Origin: an uncultured delta proteobacterium
GTDB lineage: Bacteria > Myxococcota > Myxococcia > Myxococcales > Anaeromyxobacteraceae
Length of the DNA stretch: 64,000 nucleotides
Direction of reading: 5' to 3'
Assembly (NCBI GenBank): GCA_963814585.1
Contig: CAWFDF010000004.1
Location: forward strand, 384,001-448,000
Shown here piece after piece: positions 30,601 to 40,908 of this stretch. The position numbers and the translations under genes are program-made. The first letter of the stretch is position 1. Every line of letters starts with the position of its first letter. The notes beneath the pieces were generated by a model. The model searched no databases. It was given only the letters and a program-made list of their open reading frames with translations, and was not told where the DNA came from.

Positions 30601-31247
30601 TCGGACGGGACCGGGAGCGGCTCCTGCGGCGGCGCCGGAGGGAGCGTCACCGGCCGGGGCGCCTCGACGGCCGCGGCGAACGGCGAGTCGACCGCGGCGA
30701 ACGGCGAGTCGGCCGCAGCGAACGGCGAGTCGGCCGCAGCGAACGGCGAGTCGGCCGGGGCGAACGGCGAGTCGGCCGGGGCGAACGGCGAGTCGGCCGG
30801 GGCGAACGGGCTGTCGGCGGCGGCGCCGGTGGCGAACGGGGAGCCGGCGGAGGCGGCCGGCGCCAGCGGCCCTGGCGGCGTGGCGCGCGCCGGCGGCGCC
30901 TCGAACGGCCCGGGAGCGGGCAGCGGCACCGCCGGCGGGGCCTCCGGCGGCCTGGGCCTCGGCGGCGGCGGGCTGGCCAGGCGCGGCGGCGCCGGGAGCG
31001 GCACGCCCGCCGGCGCGACGGCGCGGGGGACCGCGGGCGGGGTGAGGGCGGGGGGCGCGGCCGGCGGCGGCGTGAAGGACGTCGGAGCCGGCAGCGGCAC
31101 CGCGGTGGAGGCGGCCTCGCCGGCACCGGCCCGGCGCACCGGGAAGGACTGCTGGCACTTGGGGCAGCGGACGTTGCTGCCGCCCTCGGGGATGCGCCCG
31201 TCGTCGACGTGGTAGGCGGCGCTGCAGTGCGGGCAGGTGACCCTCAT
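27653..31247 (-). CDS. Zinc-ribbon (MJ0042-type) / GYF-like / TM / TPR protein; frameshift at ~28263
   Basis: CPHC...CPKC, Pro-rich linker, KVRRRSGRVFGPF, a TM helix and many TPRs; the TPRs continue in the 27653..28237 frame. Confidence 0.85.
30671..30817 (-). repeat. In-frame 21-bp tandem repeat (ADSPFA[AP]), 7 copies
   Basis: GCGAACGGCGAGTCGGCC units. Confidence 0.93.
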
Positions 31248-31253
31248 GATCGG

Positions 31254-32084
31254 TTACCCCTCGGGCTCGAAGCGGCGCTTCAGTTCCAGGTAGCTGACGT
31301 AGTCGGCGGCCAGGGAGGAGTCGCGGCCCACGCTCCCCTCCGGCATGAGCCGCGCGTGCAGCAGCTCGGAGACGACGCGGGATGGCTGCTCCACCGAGAG
31401 CTCGCCGACCTCGGCGATCTCACCCGCGGCCAGCGCGGCGAAGCGGGGCCTCAGCTCGGCGTAGCGCAGGAAGGCGTCGACCACCTCGGCCGGCGCCAGC
31501 TGCGACCTGGATCCCACCTCCCGGACCAGCCGGTCGTGGCGCAGCCGCTGCCAGAGCGCCTCGCCGTCCTGCTCGACGCCGGCCCGGGCCGCCAGCGCGG
31601 CGCCGTCGAGCCCGGCCGGGATGGGCCGGAAGCCATCCTCGCCCGGCGCTCCGGCCAGCGCCCGCAGCAGGGCCACCGCCCGGCAGGCGTCGTCGGCCGA
31701 GAGGAAGTCGCGGATCTGCCGGTTGGCCTCGCGCAGCCGGCGCGACAGCCGGCGCAGGATCCTGAGCGCCACCTCGCCGCGCTCCGTCACCATCCGCTCG
31801 AAGGCCGCCTCGTCCAGCTCCAGCAGCCGGGCCGCCTCGTCCACCACGGCCGCGGCGGAGCGGGGCTGGTGGTCGAGCAGCGCCATCTCGCCGAAGAACT
31901 CGCCGGCGCCGAGCAGCGCCAGCGTCACCTGGCGGGGGCCGTTCCGCTTCACGATCCGGACACGTCCCGACTGGATGACGTAGAGCCGGCTCCCCGGATC
32001 CCCCTCGTCGAAGATGACCGCCCCGGCAGGGAACTCCCTGCCGTAGAGGTCGGCGGCGGCGCGGTGAGGAGTCGAGGTGACCAT
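31254..32084 (-). CDS. Cyclic nucleotide-binding domain protein (Crp/Fnr-like)
   Basis: IFDEGDPG, GEFFGEMALL and PRSA motifs. Confidence 0.85.
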   Translation of the reverse strand: MVTSTPHRAAADLYGREFPAGAVIFDEGDPGSRLYVIQSGRVRIVKRNGPRQVTLALLGAGEFFGEMALLDHQPRSAAAVVDEAARLLELDEAAFERMVTERGEVALRILRRLSRRLREANRQIRDFLSADDACRAVALLRALAGAPGEDGFRPIPAGLDGAALAARAGVEQDGEALWQRLRHDRLVREVGSRSQLAPAEVVDAFLRYAELRPRFAALAAGEIAEVGELSVEQPSRVVSELLHARLMPEGSVGRDSSLAADYVSYLELKRRFEPEG

Positions 32085-32224
32085 GCGGGGCGGTCGGGGC
32101 GGCGCGACGGAGGGCGAAAGCCTTGGAGATCCGCGACGCTACACCCGGAACCGGGACCATTCAACTGGGCGAACGGCTCGCGGCGGCGACGCCGGCCGGC
32201 CCTTCGCGTGCTAGATCCCGGGGC

Positions 32225-33079
32225 GTGTCGACCGAGAGCCAGAGCCTTCGCGACCACCTGCGCGAGTGGACCTACGAGCTGGGAGGGCCCGGGACCCGGG
32301 AGCGCCTGAAGAAGCTCGCCCCGGCGCGCAACGACTACGGCGTCGATCCCTACGGGTTCGACATCGACTTCACCATCGCGGCGGCGGCGCCGTTCGCCTG
32401 GCTCTACCGCAAGTACTTCCGGGTGTCCCTCCACGGCATCGAGCACGTGCCCGCCAGCGGGCGCGTCCTGCTCTGCGCCAACCACTCCGGCCAGCTCCCC
32501 TTCGACGCCGCCATGATCGAGCTGTCGCTGCTCCTCGACATGGACCCGCCGCGCATCGCCCGCGCCCTGGTGGAGCGCTGGGTGCCCACCCTCCCCTTCG
32601 TCGCCCCCTTCTTCGCGCGGCTGGGCCAGGTGGTGGGCACGCCGGAGAACTGCCGGCGCCTGCTGGCCGCCGACGAGGCCCTGCTGGTCTTCCCGGAGGG
32701 CGTGCGCGGGCTCAACAAGCCCTTCTCGGAGCGGTACCGGCTGCGGACCTTCTCCACCGGCTTCATCCGGCTGGCGCTGGAGGCCGGCGCGCCCATCGTC
32801 CCCATCGGCGTGGTCGGGGCCGAGGAGCAGGCGCCGTCGCTGGTGGACCTGAAGCCGCTGGCGAAGATGCTCGGCCTGCCGGCCCTCCCCATCACGCCGT
32901 ACCTGCTGCCGCTGCCGCTCCCGGTCCACTACCACATCCACTTCGGCGAGCCGCTCCGCTTCACCGGCTCGCCCGACGCCGACGACGCCGAGCTGGAGCG
33001 GCAGGCCGGCGAGGTGCAGGCCGCCGTGCAGGGGCTGGTGGACCATGGACTGGCCGAGCGGCCCGGGATCTTCCTGTGA
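32225..33079 (+). CDS. Lysophospholipid acyltransferase family protein
   Basis: NHSGQLPFD, VFPEG and PIVP motifs; start uncertain. Confidence 0.88.
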   Translation: MSTESQSLRDHLREWTYELGGPGTRERLKKLAPARNDYGVDPYGFDIDFTIAAAAPFAWLYRKYFRVSLHGIEHVPASGRVLLCANHSGQLPFDAAMIELSLLLDMDPPRIARALVERWVPTLPFVAPFFARLGQVVGTPENCRRLLAADEALLVFPEGVRGLNKPFSERYRLRTFSTGFIRLALEAGAPIVPIGVVGAEEQAPSLVDLKPLAKMLGLPALPITPYLLPLPLPVHYHIHFGEPLRFTGSPDADDAELERQAGEVQAAVQGLVDHGLAERPGIFL

Positions 33080-34014
33080 CGGAGCTCCCTCCGCTCCCCG
33101 GCCCGGTCCTGATCACCGGCATCGCCGGCAACCTCGGGCGCGCGCTGGCCAAGCAGCTCCACCTCGAGACCACCGTCATCGGCGTGGACCGCCGCCCGTT
33201 CCGCGACCGGCCCAAGGACGTGGAGCACCACCAGCTCGACCTGCGCAAGGCCCGGGTGGACGATCTCTTCCGCCGCCGGCGCCCCGCGGCGCTCATCCAC
33301 CTCGGCGTCTCGCACGATCCGCGCATGCCCTTCTCCGAGGCCCACGGCTTCAACGTGGTCGGGACCCAGAAGATCCTCGACCTGTGCGTTCGCCACGGCG
33401 TCAGGAAGGTGGTGGTGCTCTCCAGCGCCAACGTCTACGGGCCGCTCCCCAACAACTCCAACTTCCTCGTCGAGGAGACGCCGCTGATGGCGGCCGATCG
33501 CTTCTCGGGCATGCGCGACCTCATCGAGCTGGACATGTACGCGCAGTCGTTCGTCTGGCGACACCCCGAGGTGGAGACGGTCATCCTCCGCCCCTGCAAC
33601 ATCGTCGGCCCCACCGTCCGCAACGCCCCCGCCAACTTCCTGCGGCTGGCGCGCCCGCTCACGGTGATGGGCTTCGACCCGATGATCCAGCTCATCCACG
33701 AGGACGACGTGGCCGCGGCGATCCGGCTGGCCCTCCGTCCCGGTCCACGGGGCGTGTACAACCTGGTCGGACCGGGCGAGGTGCCGCTCTCCGCCGTGCT
33801 GCGCGAGCTGGGACGGGAGCCGGTGCCGGTGCCCGACTTCCTGCTCCGGCCGGCGCTGCGGCGGCTCTTCAAGGCGGGGGTGGTGTCGTTCCCGCCCGAG
33901 GAGCTGGACCACCTCCAGTACCTCTGCGTGGTGGACGGCTCCCGCGCCGTCCACGAGCTGGGCTGGGCGCCGCGCTTCACGCTGCGCGAGACCATCCGGA
34001 GCGTGCTGGGATGA
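33076..34014 (+). CDS. NAD-dependent epimerase/dehydratase
   Basis: ITGIAGNLG, SSANVYG and IHEDDVA motifs; GTGA coupling to the upstream gene. Confidence 0.88.
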   Translation: MTELPPLPGPVLITGIAGNLGRALAKQLHLETTVIGVDRRPFRDRPKDVEHHQLDLRKARVDDLFRRRRPAALIHLGVSHDPRMPFSEAHGFNVVGTQKILDLCVRHGVRKVVVLSSANVYGPLPNNSNFLVEETPLMAADRFSGMRDLIELDMYAQSFVWRHPEVETVILRPCNIVGPTVRNAPANFLRLARPLTVMGFDPMIQLIHEDDVAAAIRLALRPGPRGVYNLVGPGEVPLSAVLRELGREPVPVPDFLLRPALRRLFKAGVVSFPPEELDHLQYLCVVDGSRAVHELGWAPRFTLRETIRSVLG

Positions 34015-34901
34015 CCGACGGCCTGGTCCGCGCCCTCCACCATGCCCGCGGCCTGCGGGCCCTGGTGGTGCGCGTCGGCGACCTGGCGCGGATGGCGCGG
34101 CTGCTCCACGGCCTGGCCCCGACCAGCGCCCAGCTCTTCGCCGAGGCGCTGGCGGCGGCCGCCCTGGTGGCGGCGCTGCAGAAGGACGAGGAGCGGATCA
34201 ACCTGCAGCTGGAGTGCGCCGGGCCGCTGCGCGGCCTCTTCGTCGACGCCGACTCCAGCGGCAACCTGCGCGGCTACGTGCGGGGCCCGACCGTGCACGT
34301 GCCGGGCGATCCCTCGGCCGCGGCCGTCGCCGCCCTGGGCGGGAGCGGCTACCTCTCCCTGCTGCGGGTTCGCGCCAACGGCACCTTCTACCGGAGCTCG
34401 GTGGAGCTGCAGCGCGAGCGGCTGGCCGGGGCGCTGCGCCGCTGGTTCCAGGCCAGCGAGCAGGTGGAGACGGCGCTGGAGGTCGAGGTGCTGCCCCGCG
34501 GCGACGAGCCGCTCGGCCAGGTGGCGGCCCTGCTGGTGCAGCGGCTTCCGGACGGCGACGCCGCGGCGCTGCTGGCGGCGCGGGCGGCCATCGAGGGCGG
34601 CGCCTTCCGTGACGCGCTGGCCGCGGGCGCACCGCCCCTGGCGCTGGTGCAGGCGGTCGCCGGAGGCGGATGGGAGCTGCTGGCCGAGCACGAGGTGTCC
34701 TACCGGTGCGGCTGCAGCGTCGACCGGGTTCGCAACGCCATCACCGCGCTCGGGCCCGACGGGATCGCCGACCTGGTCGCCACGGTGGGGCAGGCCGAGG
34801 TGGACTGCGAGTTCTGCCACGCCCACTACGTGCTCGACGCGGTCGAGCTCCGCGACCTGGAGCGGCGCCTGCGGGCCTCGCACCAGGGCGGCGCGGCGTA
34901 G
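34011..34901 (+). CDS. hslO: Hsp33 redox-regulated chaperone
   Basis: GNLRGYV, SEQVET and CGC...CEFC zinc motif. Confidence 0.9.
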   Translation: MTDGLVRALHHARGLRALVVRVGDLARMARLLHGLAPTSAQLFAEALAAAALVAALQKDEERINLQLECAGPLRGLFVDADSSGNLRGYVRGPTVHVPGDPSAAAVAALGGSGYLSLLRVRANGTFYRSSVELQRERLAGALRRWFQASEQVETALEVEVLPRGDEPLGQVAALLVQRLPDGDAAALLAARAAIEGGAFRDALAAGAPPLALVQAVAGGGWELLAEHEVSYRCGCSVDRVRNAITALGPDGIADLVATVGQAEVDCEFCHAHYVLDAVELRDLERRLRASHQGGAA

Positions 34902-34975
34902 CAGCGCCGCCCCCCGGCCCGGCCTGGCCAGGGCGCCCGCGGCCCGGACCGCGACCTGCCGCCGTCCTCGGACGC

Positions 34976-35804
34976 CTATCGAATCCCGTGCCGCGTCGGC
35001 CATCACCCAGCGCTGCGCGATGCCGGCGGAGAAGGCGAAGGCCGCGCCCAGGGTGCGGAAGACCTCCTCGACGACGCGCACCGTGCGGTCGTCGAGGCCA
35101 GCGATGGCTCCGTAGGCAGCGGTGGCGTCGAATCCGAGCCAGGCCACCAGGCTGGCGGTGAGCATGATCCAGGGCCAGGCCACCAGGCCGCCGCCCAGCA
35201 CCAGCGCGGCGCGCAGCACCGGGATGGCGACCACGAAGAGCGCGACGTCGAGCAGGCCGGTGAGGGCGTCGCCGGCCGCCGACGCGTCGCCGCGCAGGGT
35301 GGCGGGGAGCTTCTCCACCAGCTCCGGCCCGGCCAGCGCCACGGCCACGGCCAGGGCCACGGCGCGGGCCGCCAGCTGGGCGGCCGGCGAGGTGGCGTCG
35401 AGCCCCGACTCCCGCCAGGCGCGGGCCAGCAGGAGGAAGCCGGCCACGGCCAGGGCTCCGGAGGCGATGCTGGCGGAGGAGGCGGCCCAGGGCGCCCGCT
35501 CGGCCGCCTGGTAGAGGTTGCTGGCCGAGGGCCCGGTCCAGACCTTCACCGGCACCAGCACCAGGTAGGAGGCCGAGACCAGCAGCCAGGCCGGCCTCAT
35601 GGGCTCGCCGGGCTCGAAGGTGAGCGCGGCCACCAGCGTCCCGCCGGCGGCGAAGAGGTACATGGCGAGGGTCCAGCCGAAGAAGGCGCCGGCCAGCTGC
35701 GCCGGCTGGGGGATGGAGGCGGCGAACGGCGCCGGGAGCACCCCGATCACCAGCGTGGTGAGGGCGAGGGCCTGGAAGCGGAGGTGTCGCCTGGCCTGGC
35801 TCAT
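34976..35804 (-). CDS. Hypothetical multi-pass membrane protein; stop inferred after removing one base at 34979
   Basis: About 7-8 hydrophobic segments starting at MSQARR; the frame otherwise runs antisense through hslO. Confidence 0.65.
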
Positions 35805-36041
35805 CGGATCTCCCGGGTCGATCTCCTCGACGAGGCGCTCGGCGGTGGCGGCCCCGAGCAGGGTCCGGAGCGCGGGCCGCAGCGCCGCCAGGAGCCGCGG
35901 GACATCGGCGCCCGTGAGCGCCTCGGGCTCCATCTGGAGGGACCGCTGGCAGAAGGTGCGGGTGGCGTTCCGGGCCGTGTTGGGCCCGAGCAGCGGGGCC
36001 AGCCGCGCCTCGATCAGCTTGCTGACGGTCTCCCCGGCCAT
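35801..36041 (-). CDS. Small helical hypothetical protein (~79 aa); appears fused to the next gene by one extra base at 35818
   Basis: Removing one base gives ...EEIAREIR* with an ATGA overlap to the next start. Confidence 0.6.
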
Positions 36042-36104
36042 GCGTGGCTCCAACCTAGCCCATCCCGGCCGCCCACCGGTACTGCCCGTTCCGGCGGCCT
36101 GGCC

Positions 36105-36485
36105 TCAGCGGACGCTCATGGAGCCGACCCGCGCCACCAGGAAGTCGAGCGCCTCCTGACGGGTCCGGAACGCCCGGGTGTGCCGCTCGCCGGTGGCGCG
36201 CAGGTAGGCGTTGAAGAAGACGACCTTGAGGCCGCTGACGCCGGTGAGGGCCGAGCGGTCGATGAGGAGCCGGTTCATGCGTCCGACCTCCTTGACCCGC
36301 TTCATGAAGGCGCTGCCGATGACCGAGCCCTCGAAGTCGTTGTAGAGGAGCGCCGCGCGGTGGAGCGGCTGCATCATGGCGCTGCCGGCCTCGAGGGTGG
36401 CGATGAGCTCCCCGTCGGTCTTCTGGTCGCGGTAGTCGAAGAACAGGATCTGTCGACCCCGATGCTCGATCCAGCTCGCCGGCAT
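36105..36485 (-). CDS. STAS/SEC14 (SpoIIAA-like) domain protein
   Basis: WIEHRGRQILFFDY, GVSGLK and RAF.T..EALDFL motifs; GGAGG RBS. Confidence 0.65.
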   Translation of the reverse strand: MPASWIEHRGRQILFFDYRDQKTDGELIATLEAGSAMMQPLHRAALLYNDFEGSVIGSAFMKRVKEVGRMNRLLIDRSALTGVSGLKVVFFNAYLRATGERHTRAFRTRQEALDFLVARVGSMSVR

Positions 36486-36620
36486 CGCCTCCCCCTCCCG
36501 TGGCGCCCAGCCTACCACCCCCGGGGCGGGCCCACGCCCGGCCGGCGCCGGCCCCGGTCACCTGTCCCGATCGGGACGTCCCGGTCTACACTCCCGGGCA
36601 CACGCCGACGGGGAGGTCAC

Positions 36621-38105
36621 ATGCGCTTTCCAGAGTACGACCGGTTCGACGCCCTGGCGCTCGGGGCGATGGTCGCGAAGGGCGAGGTGAGCGCGACCGA
36701 GGTGCTCGAGGCGGCGCTGGAGCGGGCCGACGCGCGCAACCCGGCCCTCAACGCCATCGTCCACCGGGCCGACGACGTGGCCCGCCGGCGCGCCGCCGGG
36801 CCGCTGCCGGCGGGGCCCCTCGCCGGGGTCCCCTTCGTGATCAAGGACCTGCTCACGGCCTGGCGGGACCAGCCCATGACCTTCAGCTCCCGGCTCGGCG
36901 CCGGCTACCGGCCCGGCTTCGACTCCGAGGTGGTGCGGCGGCTGGAGGCGGCCGGGCTGCTCCTCTTCGGCACCACCAACGCCCCGGAGATGGGGATCCT
37001 GGCGCACACCGAGCCCGCGCTCCACGGCCCGTGCCGCAACCCCTGGAACACCGACCACACGCCGGGCGGCTCCTCGGGCGGATCGGCCGCGGCGGTGGCG
37101 GCGAGGATCGTGCCGGCCGCCCACGGGAACGACGGCGGCGGCTCCCTGCGGATCCCCGCTTCCCACGGCGCGCTCTTCGGCCTGAAGCCGACGCGCGGCC
37201 GCGTCTCCTTCGCGCCGGCCAGCGACGGCTGGGACGGGATGGCCTGCGAGGGGGTGCTGACGCGGAGCGTCCGCGACTCGGCGGCCCTCCTCGACGCCAT
37301 GGCCGGCCCGGTCCCCGGGGACCCCTACACGCCGCCGGCGCCCGCCCGGCCGTGGCTGGAGGAGGTGGGGCGGCCCCCCGGCCGACTCCGCATCGCCTTC
37401 ACCGAGGAGTCCTTCTTCGGCCGCACCACCCACGAGGAGTGCCGCGCCGTGGTGCGCGAGGCGGCCGCCGCGCTGGCCGACCTCGGGCACGAGGTGGTCG
37501 AGGACCGCCCGCCCTTCCAGCGCGAGCCCATGGTCCGGGCCTACCTGGTGGTGGTCGCGGCCGGCGTCAGCTCCGCCGTGGCCACGGCCGCGCGCCTCAC
37601 CGGCCGGCGCCCGCGCCAGTCGCTCCTCGAGCCGGAGACGGTCGGCCTCGACGCCGGCGGGCGCGCCTTCACGGCGGCCGAGCACCTGGCGGCGGTGGAG
37701 GCCATGCACGCCTTCGCCCGCCAGGTGGGCCCGTTCTTCGAGCGCTACCACCTGCTCCTCACGCCGACGGTGGGCCAGCCGCCGGTGCGGGTGGGCGCGC
37801 TCCAGCCCAAGCGGATCGAGGCGCTGGGGATCCGCCTGGCGGCGGCGCTGGGGAGCCGGGGCCTGCTCGACCGGATGTTCGCCGAGATCGGTGACCGCTC
37901 CTTCGAGGCCACCGGCTTCACCATGCCGTGGAACCAGACCGGCCAGCCGGCCGCCAGCGTCCCCATGCGCTGGACGCCCGACGGGCTGCCGCTCGGCGCC
38001 CAGCTCGTCGGCAGGTTCGGCGACGAGGCCACGCTGTTCCAGGTCGCCGCTCAGCTCGAGGCGGCGCGGCCCTGGGCGGACCGGGCTCCGCCCGGCATCG
38101 GCTGA
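36621..38105 (+). CDS. Amidase signature family protein
   Basis: GVPFVIKDL, GGSSGGSAAAVAA and DGGGSLRIPAS motifs. Confidence 0.95.
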   Translation: MRFPEYDRFDALALGAMVAKGEVSATEVLEAALERADARNPALNAIVHRADDVARRRAAGPLPAGPLAGVPFVIKDLLTAWRDQPMTFSSRLGAGYRPGFDSEVVRRLEAAGLLLFGTTNAPEMGILAHTEPALHGPCRNPWNTDHTPGGSSGGSAAAVAARIVPAAHGNDGGGSLRIPASHGALFGLKPTRGRVSFAPASDGWDGMACEGVLTRSVRDSAALLDAMAGPVPGDPYTPPAPARPWLEEVGRPPGRLRIAFTEESFFGRTTHEECRAVVREAAAALADLGHEVVEDRPPFQREPMVRAYLVVVAAGVSSAVATAARLTGRRPRQSLLEPETVGLDAGGRAFTAAEHLAAVEAMHAFARQVGPFFERYHLLLTPTVGQPPVRVGALQPKRIEALGIRLAAALGSRGLLDRMFAEIGDRSFEATGFTMPWNQTGQPAASVPMRWTPDGLPLGAQLVGRFGDEATLFQVAAQLEAARPWADRAPPGIG

Positions 38106-38241
38106 TGGCGCCCCTCGCCTGGCCGGGTCCCTGCCGAGGCGCACGCGGCCTGGCCGCGCCGCGCGGACCGGGGACCCGGCCGTGGCGTGGTACATTCCAT
38201 CCCGTCGGCCGAGCGTTCGGCCACCTGCCGGAGGGGAAGCC

Positions 38242-38931
38242 ATCGCCCGCTCGAAGAAGAGGACCGCCCGCAAGGGCTCGACGCGCCCCGCGAAGGGCCC
38301 CGCCGTCCCACCGAAGCGCCCCTCCCGGCGCAAGCCGGGGCGCCGGGCCGTCTCCGAGGCGCCGTCGGACCACCCGCTGGGCGAGGGCGTTGCCGACGGC
38401 TTCGCCCTGCGCCGCCTGAAGGCCCCGGCCCGCCTCTCGCGGACCCCCAAGAAGGCGGTGCGCGAGCTGGGGTGGGCCGCCTTCGGCGAGCTGGCGAGGC
38501 ACCTGGCGGAGCGCATCTCGGCGCGCTACCAGCCCGACGTGGTGCTGGGCATCGTCAAGGGGGGGGTCTTCGCCGGTGGGGCGCTGGCCGCGGCCCTGCA
38601 GGCCGACTTCCACCCGGTCCGGATCGAGAAGCGGCGGCGCGACGCGCTCGCCCACACCGCCCCGGTGGAGCAGCTCCCCGACCTGACCGGCAAGCGGGTG
38701 CTGGTGGTGGACGACGTCTGCACCACCGGCGCCACCCTGGCCAAGGCCCGGTCCGGCGCCCGCAAGGCCGGGGCCCGGCAGGTCCAGACCGCCACGCTGG
38801 TGAGGCGCCCCGGCGGCGCCCGGCCGGACTGGTTCGCCATCGAGACCGACTCGCTGGTCCTCTTCGGCTGGGACTACGATCTCGAGGCCACCGGCTCGGT
38901 CGACTTCGATCCCGGCGAGGCCGGCGTCTAG
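38242..38931 (+). CDS. Type I phosphoribosyltransferase with basic N-terminal tail; start uncertain (ATC)
   Basis: [18 protein letters not shown] motif; GGAGG RBS precedes ATC-GCC-CGC. Confidence 0.8.
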   Translation: MARSKKRTARKGSTRPAKGPAVPPKRPSRRKPGRRAVSEAPSDHPLGEGVADGFALRRLKAPARLSRTPKKAVRELGWAAFGELARHLAERISARYQPDVVLGIVKGGVFAGGALAAALQADFHPVRIEKRRRDALAHTAPVEQLPDLTGKRVLVVDDVCTTGATLAKARSGARKAGARQVQTATLVRRPGGARPDWFAIETDSLVLFGWDYDLEATGSVDFDPGEAGV

Positions 38932-38958
38932 CGGAGTCCCACCGGCGCCCGAGGCCAC

Positions 38959-40904
<1,946 letters not shown>

Positions 40905-40908
<4 letters not shown>

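Noticed and set aside
33435..36053. 872-aa single ORF on the minus strand
   Set aside because: It is better explained as two genes joined and extended by two single-base insertions, and it runs antisense to hslO and the epimerase.
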